Part shown: one piece after another, positions 28,768 to 36,985 of the stretch | Numbering within the stretch: the stretch's first letter is position 1 | Layout: every line of letters starts with the position of its first letter | Assembly: GCF_013817365.1 (NCBI RefSeq) | Contig: NZ_JACDCU010000001.1 | Span: 1 to 48,746 of the forward strand | DNA length: 48,746 nucleotides | Reading direction: 5' to 3' | Source of the DNA: Methylibium sp. | Lineage (GTDB): Bacteria > Pseudomonadota > Gammaproteobacteria > Burkholderiales > Burkholderiaceae_C | Notes under the pieces: generated by a model | Told to the model about the DNA's origin: nothing | The model's input: the letters and a program-made list of their open reading frames with translations, nothing else | Database searches by the model: none | Translations under genes and position numbers: made by a program

Positions 28768-30111
28768 ATGAGCGAGCAAAGTGAATCACCAGCGCAGGAG
28801 CGGTCCGCGTTGCGCCTGCTGATCGTGGCGGAGCATGCTTCAGCCCAGTTCGGTGGCGAGGCGGCGCTGGCGCTGCATTACTTCCGCGTCTTTCGTCAGC
28901 GCGGCATGGCCGTCTGGCTGGTGACCCACGCCCGACGGCGGGAAGAACTGACCGGGCTTTTTCCGGGCGAGCAGCGCATCCACTACATCGAAGATACGCC
29001 GCTGCACCGCTTGATGCACCGCCTGGGCAGCAAGCTGCCGACGCGCATCGCCTTTTTCACCCTCGGGTTTGTTTCGCGTCTTTCCACGCAAGTGGCGCAG
29101 CGCAAGGTGGTCCGGCGTCTGGTCTCGGCCGAAGGCATCGACGTCGTGCACCAGCCCATGCCGGTGTCGCCGCGCGAGCCCTCGATGATGTTCGGCTTCG
29201 GCGTGCCGGTGCTCATCGGCCCGATGAACGGCGGCATGGACTATCCCCCGGCGTTTCGCCGCCACCGCGGCGCGGTCGAACGTGCAATGTTTGGCGTGGG
29301 CACGCTCGCCTCGGGCGTGCTGAACCGGCTCATGCCCGGCAAGCGCCAGGCCGCACTCTTGCTGGTCGCCAATGAGCGCACGCGGCGTGCTCTGCCTGCG
29401 GGGATCAATACGCGGGTGCATGAGGTGGTTGAGAACGGCGTGGATTTGGCGCTGTGGCAGCCGGTCACGGCGAAGCGCCCCGAGCCCGCGGAAGTGACCA
29501 CCTTCGTCTTCATGGGCCGGCTCGTGGCATTGAAGGCGGTTGACATTCTGCTGCGCGCGTTCAAGGCGGCGTCGGCCCGGGTGCGCATACGCCTTGTCGT
29601 CATCGGCGATGGCGTCGAGCGGCAGCGTCTGCAAGCGCTGGCCTCGAGCCTGGGCTTTGGCGACGGCAAGCAGGACGGCGAAGGGCAGGTGTGCTTCACG
29701 GGTTGGCTCTCCCAGCGAGCCTGCGCCGAGAGCCTCGTGCGAGCGGATTGCCTGGTGCTGCCCAGCATTCATGAGTGCGGTGGCGCCGTGGTGCTGGAGG
29801 CCATGTCGATGAGCAAGCCGGTCATTGCCACCGCCTGGGGCGGGCCGCTCGATTACCTCGATCACAGCTGCGGCGTGCTTGTACAGCCGGCAAACGCAGA
29901 GGGGCTGGCCGAAGGTTTTGCTGAGGCGATGGTGCAGCTCGCCAGTTCGCCCGCGGAGCGGGGACGCATGGGTCGGGCCGGGCGGGCTAAAGTGCTGCGC
30001 GATTACGACTGGGAGGTCAAAGCCGACCGGATGTTGGAGTTGTACGACGCGGCTCGCCATGCGCGCACCCTTGAGCCATCGATCGATCCGAAGCGTCCCC
30101 ACCCGACCTGA
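28768..30111 (+). CDS. Glycosyltransferase family 4
   Basis: GGEA, ENGVD, FMGRLVALK, PSIHECGGAVVLEAM, KPVIATAWGGP. Confidence 0.9.
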   Translation: MSEQSESPAQERSALRLLIVAEHASAQFGGEAALALHYFRVFRQRGMAVWLVTHARRREELTGLFPGEQRIHYIEDTPLHRLMHRLGSKLPTRIAFFTLGFVSRLSTQVAQRKVVRRLVSAEGIDVVHQPMPVSPREPSMMFGFGVPVLIGPMNGGMDYPPAFRRHRGAVERAMFGVGTLASGVLNRLMPGKRQAALLLVANERTRRALPAGINTRVHEVVENGVDLALWQPVTAKRPEPAEVTTFVFMGRLVALKAVDILLRAFKAASARVRIRLVVIGDGVERQRLQALASSLGFGDGKQDGEGQVCFTGWLSQRACAESLVRADCLVLPSIHECGGAVVLEAMSMSKPVIATAWGGPLDYLDHSCGVLVQPANAEGLAEGFAEAMVQLASSPAERGRMGRAGRAKVLRDYDWEVKADRMLELYDAARHARTLEPSIDPKRPHPT

Positions 30112-30118
30112 GCACGTC

Positions 30119-30496
30119 ATGCAAGCAAGCACCTTCTTCCTGATCATCGGCAGTGTCGCCATGTCGGCCTTCGCGCAAATCCTGCTCAAGACGGGCATGA
30201 GCAATGCCCAGATCGGCGCCACGCTGGCTTCGCGGCGCTGGGGCGAACTGGCGTTGCAAGTCGGTACCAACCAGTGGGTGGTGCTGGGCTTGCTGCTCTA
30301 TTTCCTGAGCGCCGTCGTGTGGCTCGGCGTGCTGGCCCGAGTGGAGGTGAGCTTCGCCTACCCGTTCGTCGGCATCGGTTTCGTCTTCACCATGCTGCTC
30401 GGCTGGCTGGTGATGGGCGACGCCCTCAACGTGCAGCGCGTGGCAGGCACGCTGTTGATCGCCGGCGGCGTGGTGATGATCGCGCGGGGCGGCTGA
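30119..30496 (+). CDS. SMR/EamA-family small membrane transporter (ArnE/ArnF-like lipid-linked sugar flippase)
   Basis: 125 aa, four TMs, AQILLKTG and VSFAYPF motifs; TGATG coupling to the next gene. Confidence 0.85.
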   Translation: MQASTFFLIIGSVAMSAFAQILLKTGMSNAQIGATLASRRWGELALQVGTNQWVVLGLLLYFLSAVVWLGVLARVEVSFAYPFVGIGFVFTMLLGWLVMGDALNVQRVAGTLLIAGGVVMIARGG

Positions 30497-31929
30497 TGAC
30501 GGCCGAATCGCGCTTGCCTCTTTGCATCGACTGCGACGGCACGCTCATCCGCACCGACCTGCTGCATGAGTCGGCGCTGTTGCTGCTCAAACGTTCCTGG
30601 TTGTCCGTTTTGCTGCTGCCCTTGTGGCTGCTCAAGGGGAAGGCCTTTCTCAAGCAGCGCATTGCCGAGCGCGTGGAACTCGACGCGGCGACGCTGCCCT
30701 ACAACGAGGATGTCGTGGCACTCACGCGCCAAGCGCGCAGCGAAGGCCGCACCACCGTGCTGGCGACCGCCTCGCCGCGCTGCCAGGCCGAGGCCGTGGC
30801 GCGGCACCTCGACGTCTTCGACCAGGTTGTGGCCACCGAAGGCGAGGTGAACCTGTCGGGCCGGCGCAAGGCCGCCCGGCTCGAGCAGATGTTCGGGCGA
30901 GGCGGCTTCGTCTACGCCGGCAATGGTCCGACCGATCTCCCCGTTTGGGCGGCCAGCGGCGGCGCCATCGTGGTCAGTTCATCGCGCGCCCTGCAGCGCG
31001 CCGCCGCGCTGGCGGCCACCGTGGTGCAGACGATCTCGCTGCCCCGGCCTTCGCTGAAAATCATTGCCAAGGCGGTGCGACTGCATCAGTGGGCGAAGAA
31101 CTTGCTGGTTTTCATCCCGCTGCTGGCCGCCCACCAGACGTCCGACGGCGCGGCCGTCATGGCGGCGCTGCTGGCCTTTCTGGCCTTCGGGCTGTGTGCC
31201 TCGGCCGTCTATGTGATCAACGACCTGCTCGATCTGCCGGCGGACCGGGTCCATTCGCGCAAGCGCAATCGGCCCTTCGCTTGCGGCGCAATGTCCATTG
31301 CACAGGGGGTGGGCATGGTGCCGCTGCTGTTGGCCGGCGCGGTGACGATCTGCACGCAGTTGCCGCTTGCTTTCGCCGGCACCCTGCTGGCGTACTTTGC
31401 AATCACCTGCCTCTACTCTGTTTGGCTCAAGAACCAGGTGGTCGTGGACGTGATGCTGCTGGCCTCGCTCTACACCTCGCGCATCATCGCCGGCGCGGCG
31501 GCGACGGCCATCGTGCCCTCGTTCTGGCTGCTCGCGTTTTCGATGTTCATGTTCTTGAGCCTGGCCATCGTCAAACGGTATTCGGAAATGCTGGTGGTAC
31601 GCGAGCAGCACAAGGACAAGGCCGCCGGGCGAGGCTATCTGGTGAGCGACATGCCGGTACTGCTGAGCCAGGGCACGGCGGCCGGCTACATCGCCATTCT
31701 GGTCATGGCGCTGTACGTCAACAGTGCCGATGTCGGCGGGCTCTATCCCAACCGCTGGGCCTTGTGGATGGTGTTGCCGCCGCTGCTCTACTGGATCACG
31801 CGTGTGTGGATGAAATCGCACCGCGGCGAGATGCACGACGATCCGGTGGTGTTCGCCGCGACCGACAAACAAAGCTGGCTGCTGGCGGCGTGGATCGCCG
31901 CGGCGCTTTGGTTGGCGACGGTGCATTGA
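30496..31929 (+). CDS. HAD phosphatase + UbiA-family prenyltransferase fusion (polyprenyl-phosphate phosphoribosyltransferase-like)
   Basis: N-terminal HAD motifs DCDGTL, LATAS, YAGN..DLPVW; C-terminal RLHQWAKNLLVF, YVINDLLD..DRVH..KRNRPFA, KRYSE, MHDDPVVFA. Confidence 0.9.
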   Translation: MTAESRLPLCIDCDGTLIRTDLLHESALLLLKRSWLSVLLLPLWLLKGKAFLKQRIAERVELDAATLPYNEDVVALTRQARSEGRTTVLATASPRCQAEAVARHLDVFDQVVATEGEVNLSGRRKAARLEQMFGRGGFVYAGNGPTDLPVWAASGGAIVVSSSRALQRAAALAATVVQTISLPRPSLKIIAKAVRLHQWAKNLLVFIPLLAAHQTSDGAAVMAALLAFLAFGLCASAVYVINDLLDLPADRVHSRKRNRPFACGAMSIAQGVGMVPLLLAGAVTICTQLPLAFAGTLLAYFAITCLYSVWLKNQVVVDVMLLASLYTSRIIAGAAATAIVPSFWLLAFSMFMFLSLAIVKRYSEMLVVREQHKDKAAGRGYLVSDMPVLLSQGTAAGYIAILVMALYVNSADVGGLYPNRWALWMVLPPLLYWITRVWMKSHRGEMHDDPVVFAATDKQSWLLAAWIAAALWLATVH

Positions 31930-31932
31930 GGA

Positions 31933-33243
31933 ATGGGCATGACGACACAAGCGCAGCGATCGACGTTCGGCGGTAACGAGATTTCGCTTCGCCAGTTGGC
32001 GTGGGTGCTCGCCGCGGCCCTCGCTCTGCGCATCGGCTGGGCGGTGCTGGTGCCGGTGGTGCCCTTGTCGGACAGCGTGGCCTACGAGACCTTCGCCCGC
32101 AATCTGGTCCTGCACGGCGTTTACGGCTGGACGCCCCACGAGCCCTTTGCTTTCTGGCCGCCGGGAACGTCTTTCCTTTACGCCGCCGTCTACAAGCTGT
32201 TCGGCTTCGGGCACTTCAACATCGTGCTGCTGAACCTGCTGATCTCAGCCGCACTGATCGTCACCTCGGCGCGGGTTGCCGCGCGGTTCTTCGGCGCGCA
32301 GGTGGCGCTGTTCACCGCAGCGGTGCTTGCCGTGTGGCCCACGCTCGTGTTGTTCACGACCGTGCTGGCCAGCGAGCTGCCCTTCCTGCTGTTCACCATG
32401 CTGGCGCTCGACGTCTGGACTGCACCGCGCGGCTCCGTCCTGTTTCGCGGCCTGCTCGCCGGCGTGCTGCTGGGCGCTGCAGCCCTGGTGCGGCCGCTCG
32501 CGCTGGCCCTGCCGGTCGTGTACGGTGCGGCGGTGCTGTTCAGCTCGGCGGTCCCGCGCCAAGTGCTGCGTTCGCAAATGCAAGTGACCGTGCTGGCCCT
32601 GGCCGCCATGGCCTGCGTGGTGTCGCCTTGGACTTGGCGCAACTACCAGCTCTATGGCGCGCCGGTGCTCATCTCGACCAACGGCGGCATCACGCTGTGG
32701 ATGGGCAATTCACCGGGAACGCGAGGCGACTACATGCCCATTCCGGAACGCCTCAACCACCTCAACGACCACGAGCAATCGGTCGTGCTGGGCGACGAAG
32801 CCAAGCGCTACATCCTGGACGACCCGGCCGGATTTGCGGTGCGCACACTGCGCAAGCTGATTTTCCTGTACGGCAACGAATCGATCGGTGTGATCTGGAA
32901 CGCAGGCGGTATCAGCGAGTCCTTTGGTGAGCCTGCCGTGCTCTGGTTGAAGCGCTTCACGCAGTTGAGCTGGGTGCTGATTTTCCTGACCGCGGCGTGG
33001 GGCGCCTGGGTGCTGCTGCGACGCCTGGGCTGGCGCCGATTTATCCTGTCGCCGCCCGTTGTCACCATCGCCTTCTACAGTGCGGTGCACAGCATCGTGG
33101 TGTCGCAAGACCGCTATCACCTCGCCTTCGCGGCGCAGTTCGCCATGCTGACGGCAGCCGGGGTCGCTCACCTGAGCCGGCCTGAGAGCCGCGTGCGGCG
33201 AGCGATCGGCCGCGGCCGCAGTGCTGCCGCCACATCGGCGTGA
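31933..33243 (+). CDS. GT-C superfamily membrane glycosyltransferase (ArnT/PMT-like)
   Basis: First periplasmic loop SDSVAY..A, FWPPG, ASE, LVRP, PWTWRNY, GITLWMGN, DRY motifs; many TMs. Confidence 0.82.
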   Translation: MGMTTQAQRSTFGGNEISLRQLAWVLAAALALRIGWAVLVPVVPLSDSVAYETFARNLVLHGVYGWTPHEPFAFWPPGTSFLYAAVYKLFGFGHFNIVLLNLLISAALIVTSARVAARFFGAQVALFTAAVLAVWPTLVLFTTVLASELPFLLFTMLALDVWTAPRGSVLFRGLLAGVLLGAAALVRPLALALPVVYGAAVLFSSAVPRQVLRSQMQVTVLALAAMACVVSPWTWRNYQLYGAPVLISTNGGITLWMGNSPGTRGDYMPIPERLNHLNDHEQSVVLGDEAKRYILDDPAGFAVRTLRKLIFLYGNESIGVIWNAGGISESFGEPAVLWLKRFTQLSWVLIFLTAAWGAWVLLRRLGWRRFILSPPVVTIAFYSAVHSIVVSQDRYHLAFAAQFAMLTAAGVAHLSRPESRVRRAIGRGRSAAATSA

Positions 33244-33265
33244 GCCTCGAAGGAATTGAACCGGC

Positions 33266-34693
33266 ATGAGCCAGAAAAGTTTTTCGCTCGCAGTGGTCGG
33301 CACGGGTTTCGCGTCGACCTTCTTCCTGCTCGAGTATCTGAAGTACGCACGGAAGGACGAGCGCATCCTGGTCCTGGAACGCGGCCGCCGCGTCGATCCG
33401 GCGCTGCGCTTGCAGCGCCGTGGCATTTTCGGCGGCCCCGGATTCAACGACCTGATCATCAACCGCACACCGCAAAAGGGGTGGGTGCAAAACATCGCTT
33501 TCGGCGGCGGTTCGTGCTGGACCGGCAACACGCCGCGCATGCACCCCAACGATTTCCACACACACAGCCTTTATGGCGTGGGGACCGACTGGCCGCTCAC
33601 CTACGAAGACATCGAGCCCTACTACGTTCGCGTCGAGCACGCGATGGGGATCGCCGGCGCGTCGGAGGGCCCGTTCCCGCGGTCCGAGCCTTATCGATAT
33701 CCGGCGCATCGTTTCAACGCCTTCGACGAGGTGCTTGCCGCCAAGTACCCGGGCCAGCACATTCATTTTCCGAGTGCGCGCTCGAGCAGCGTCGAGACGG
33801 GCCGCCCCGTCTGCTGTGCTTCGGGCGTGTGCTCGGTGTGCCCCATCAGCTCCAAGTTCCAGATCGACCTGCACATGGCGCAGCTCTACGACGACCCTCG
33901 CATCACGCTGCTGCTGGAGGCGGAAGTCGAGCGGGTGGACATCGAGGCGGGACAAGTCACCGGCGTGCAGTACCGTCGCGATGGCCGGGAGCAGCACGCC
34001 GCCGCCGATCTGGTGGCGGTGGGTGCACACGCCATCATGACGCCGTTCATCTTGCTGCGATCCGGCCTGAGCGACCCGGCGCTGGGGCGCTACCTCAACG
34101 AACAGATCTCGCGCGACGTGCAGATCGATCTGGTGGGCGTCGACAACTACGGCGGCGGCCAGGCCGTCACGGGGCTCGGAGCGATGTTCCTCGACGGTGC
34201 GTTTCGCAGGGACCGGCCCGCGTGTTTGGTTGAGAACTGGAACGTGCCCTGGCTGCGGGCCGAGCACGGCCGTTGGCGACAGCGGGCGCTGCTCAAGTTC
34301 GTTTTTGAAGACCTGCCCAGCGCCGACAACCATGTGGCGCTGGCGCCGGAGGATGGGTCGAAGCCGGCAATTCACTATCCGCGGGCGTCGAGCTACATGC
34401 AGGCAGGCTTCGATTCGCTCGAGGGCCGGGTGACGGAGCTGCTCAGCGGCCTGCCGGTGGAGTCATTCCACATCCTGCCCAAGCAAGGCATCGGTGGCTC
34501 GGCGCATATTCAGGGCACCACCCGCATGGGCACCGACCCGCAAACGAGCGTGGTCGATGCCGATCTGCGCCATCACGCCTTGCGCAATCTGCTGGTGCTG
34601 GGCGGCGGGAGTTTTCCGACTTGTCCCGCGGCCAACCCGACCTTGACGCTCTCCGCGCTGTCGATGCGTGCGGCCGAGCGCCTCTTCGTCTGA
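33266..34693 (+). CDS. GMC-family FAD oxidoreductase (sugar dehydrogenase large-subunit type)
   Basis: VVGTG..LERG, FGGGS, WPLTYEDIEPYY, Cys cluster CCASGVCSVCP, HIQGTTRMG.DP..SVVD, ANPTLT; no signal peptide. Confidence 0.9.
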   Translation: MSQKSFSLAVVGTGFASTFFLLEYLKYARKDERILVLERGRRVDPALRLQRRGIFGGPGFNDLIINRTPQKGWVQNIAFGGGSCWTGNTPRMHPNDFHTHSLYGVGTDWPLTYEDIEPYYVRVEHAMGIAGASEGPFPRSEPYRYPAHRFNAFDEVLAAKYPGQHIHFPSARSSSVETGRPVCCASGVCSVCPISSKFQIDLHMAQLYDDPRITLLLEAEVERVDIEAGQVTGVQYRRDGREQHAAADLVAVGAHAIMTPFILLRSGLSDPALGRYLNEQISRDVQIDLVGVDNYGGGQAVTGLGAMFLDGAFRRDRPACLVENWNVPWLRAEHGRWRQRALLKFVFEDLPSADNHVALAPEDGSKPAIHYPRASSYMQAGFDSLEGRVTELLSGLPVESFHILPKQGIGGSAHIQGTTRMGTDPQTSVVDADLRHHALRNLLVLGGGSFPTCPAANPTLTLSALSMRAAERLFV

Positions 34694-34701
34694 GGTTCGC
34701 C

Positions 34702-35145
34702 ATGACGATTGCACGGCGCAAGTTCCTGGGTTTGGGCGTGAGTCTGGCGGCAGGCGCCACCGCGCTGTACACGGCCTACAAATGGCGCTGGGGAGAGCCG
34801 ACGGAGGTGATCGTCGCGATCCTTCATCGCCGCGTCGGTGACCTGCGTGTCGATGCGGCAAGCTTCGACCGCTTTGCTACTGAGTACGTCGACTACCGGA
34901 AGGATTACCGGCGCCAGCTCTCCGTCCTGTCCATCGTTTCCCTGCCCTTCCAGTACGTCACCCCGTACGGCTGGATCGAACAGGGCGGCGCACTGCGCCG
35001 GCTCGAGGACAACGTGGTCTCGCTCTATCTGTTGTCGACGGACTTTTTCCTGGGCGGTGCTGACGAAAGCCGGCCGGTAAGCTATCTGTCGTTCTACGAT
35101 CCGTACGCGTCGGTATGCCGCAATCCGTTCATGGGGCCTGCGTAG
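34702..35145 (+). CDS. Small Tat-signal protein, probable partner subunit of the GMC oxidoreductase
   Basis: MTIARRKFLG twin-arginine motif plus hydrophobic stretch; YLLSTDFF and YDPY...CRNPF C-terminus; starts 8 bp after the GMC gene. Confidence 0.72.
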   Translation: MTIARRKFLGLGVSLAAGATALYTAYKWRWGEPTEVIVAILHRRVGDLRVDAASFDRFATEYVDYRKDYRRQLSVLSIVSLPFQYVTPYGWIEQGGALRRLEDNVVSLYLLSTDFFLGGADESRPVSYLSFYDPYASVCRNPFMGPA

Positions 35146-35186
35146 CAAGCGCTTCCTCGAAATCCTAGGGCGCCGGCTGGGCGAGC

Positions 35187-36836
35187 CTATTGGACGACGA
35201 TCCCGGTGGGCGCCGCCGGTACAGGAGGGGGCGTGTTGCCGTTCTCGAACGCGCCGATATCAGGCAGGGCATCGCGCGGTTTACCCAAAATATCGGTAGA
35301 GGCGCTTAGCGCTCGGCTACCCGCGTTGATAGCAGGCGAACCGAGACGTACCGTCATGCTCCATTGATTTGCTGCGCCGGGTGCGGCCACAAGCAAGGGA
35401 TCGGTATTTCGGCTACCGCTATCCCAGCCTCCGGCTTGCGCCGCGGTAAGTGTTGAATGCTGATCGCTCCACTTGCCTGCGCCGCCAGTGCGAAAACAGA
35501 TGTTGTCGCCGAACGCAGCAAATGACGACAAGGTCCGATCGCCGGTTTTGAAGCACTTCGCCTCCGAATGCGAGCGGGGGCCGAGATAAATCATGTTCGA
35601 AACGACCTTGTCATTCGAAGACGCGGCCGAGTTGACTCGAATCGCTGCACTGTTTCCCGAGGGGCTGTTCACGTACACGGAGTTGTTGCGTACGGTGATT
35701 GCGTAGTCCTTCGCGCCTGGAGAAGTGAAGCTGCCGTCCGGTACCGCGATGCCGGTGAAGTCAGAGTCCACGAAACCCACGACGGTGTTGTTCTCTATCA
35801 CGCAGTTAGGACAGGCGTTGACGCCAATGCCGATCGCACCGGCCGCGCCGCCCAGCACAACTGTGTTGCCGCGAATGACCGTGCCATCGAAACCCATGTA
35901 CTTGGTGCTGCTCTGATACCCATTGATCTGAATGCCGTAGCAACCCCAGTTGGCGGTCAACTCAATGATGGTGTTGTTTTCGATCAGGGTGTTTACCAAG
36001 TGATCGTGACCGACCAGCGAGACTCCCGTACAACGGCCGTTGACCATTGCGCTGTTGGTCAGCGTGTTGCCGCGTAGAACCATGTTCTCGGCGTAATCGC
36101 TCAGATAAATGTTGTGGTAACGGGAGCCACCCTTGAAGCCGTTGTTGTCAAACACGTTATTTTCGAGCACGGTTTTATAGCCGCCGCCAAGAAAACCCTG
36201 CGCGAAATTGTTGATGATGCGTGAATTCCGGATCGTGATATTTTCGATCCGCGTCGGTGGATTGTGCTTTTGTTGAGCCACATAGACGCCAATTCCAAAA
36301 TCTCGGATGGTGACGTTTTCGAGCAGGACGTCGGACACGTTCTGATAGAAAAAGAAGCCGCTACCGTAGTAGTTGGGCGCACCCGTGCCGGTGATGTCCA
36401 GGTTACGGAACTTGAAACCGCTGCCGGCGCGGGTCATGTTGAACCCCGCTGAATTAAGAGCGTTCACATTGGTCGAAGGAGTGAACCTGATGATGGGCAG
36501 TGTTTCGCCGCCCCAGGAGGGCCTGTAGTCGGTGAGCACCAAAGATTGAGTGGAGCTCTTGAGTTGCCCAAGGTAGAGCATCCCGTTGAACTCGAGTGCA
36601 CTGCCTCGCGCGAATGCCAGTACATACTCGCCGTCAGCCCGGTTCTTCACGGTGAAACCCGCCAAGGTGCGTCGCGGCTTGGCGGGATCGTCACCGACGT
36701 TGGTGTCGTTGCCAGGCACGCATGCGGCGCTGGCGCCTGATGCGCAGTCGCTGAAGTAAAAGACGGTAGCGTTTGCGGCCATGCCGCTTGAGGCCAAAGC
36801 TAGCGCGACGCCAAGACGGTTAAGAAAAAGTTTCAT
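35187..36836 (-). CDS. Secreted right-handed parallel beta-helix protein (pectin-lyase-like fold, choice-of-anchor-Q-like C-terminus)
   Basis: Signal peptide (ANA-T); repeated Asn-ladder units (IENNTI, IRGNTV, VRNNSV); SPAINAG..DILG.PR..PDIGAFE; tail PPPVPAAPTGIVVQ. Confidence 0.85.
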   Translation of the reverse strand: MKLFLNRLGVALALASSGMAANATVFYFSDCASGASAACVPGNDTNVGDDPAKPRRTLAGFTVKNRADGEYVLAFARGSALEFNGMLYLGQLKSSTQSLVLTDYRPSWGGETLPIIRFTPSTNVNALNSAGFNMTRAGSGFKFRNLDITGTGAPNYYGSGFFFYQNVSDVLLENVTIRDFGIGVYVAQQKHNPPTRIENITIRNSRIINNFAQGFLGGGYKTVLENNVFDNNGFKGGSRYHNIYLSDYAENMVLRGNTLTNSAMVNGRCTGVSLVGHDHLVNTLIENNTIIELTANWGCYGIQINGYQSSTKYMGFDGTVIRGNTVVLGGAAGAIGIGVNACPNCVIENNTVVGFVDSDFTGIAVPDGSFTSPGAKDYAITVRNNSVYVNSPSGNSAAIRVNSAASSNDKVVSNMIYLGPRSHSEAKCFKTGDRTLSSFAAFGDNICFRTGGAGKWSDQHSTLTAAQAGGWDSGSRNTDPLLVAAPGAANQWSMTVRLGSPAINAGSRALSASTDILGKPRDALPDIGAFENGNTPPPVPAAPTGIVVQ

Positions 36837-36985
36837 TGGTCTTTCCAGGTTGCCGTGTCACCGAAGACGCGGTTTCAAGCAGATCGCCTCGATCTGATGC
36901 CGCGCGCATTCACGCGATGCTGCCGTGAAACGGTCTCATGAATTCGGATTGCGCTGACGTGTTGGTCTCTGGAAGCAGCGGACAC

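Noticed and set aside
30496-31929. Calling the UbiA-family gene the ubiquinone 4-hydroxybenzoate prenyltransferase because ubiE/ubiJ/ubiB flank the locus
   Set aside because: The HAD fusion, QWAKN/KRYSE/DDPV motifs and SMR/GT-C neighbours indicate the phosphoribosyltransferase subfamily.
35187-35240. Beta-helix C-terminus as a PEP-CTERM or other exosortase signal
   Set aside because: No PEP motif, no transmembrane helix and no basic tail.
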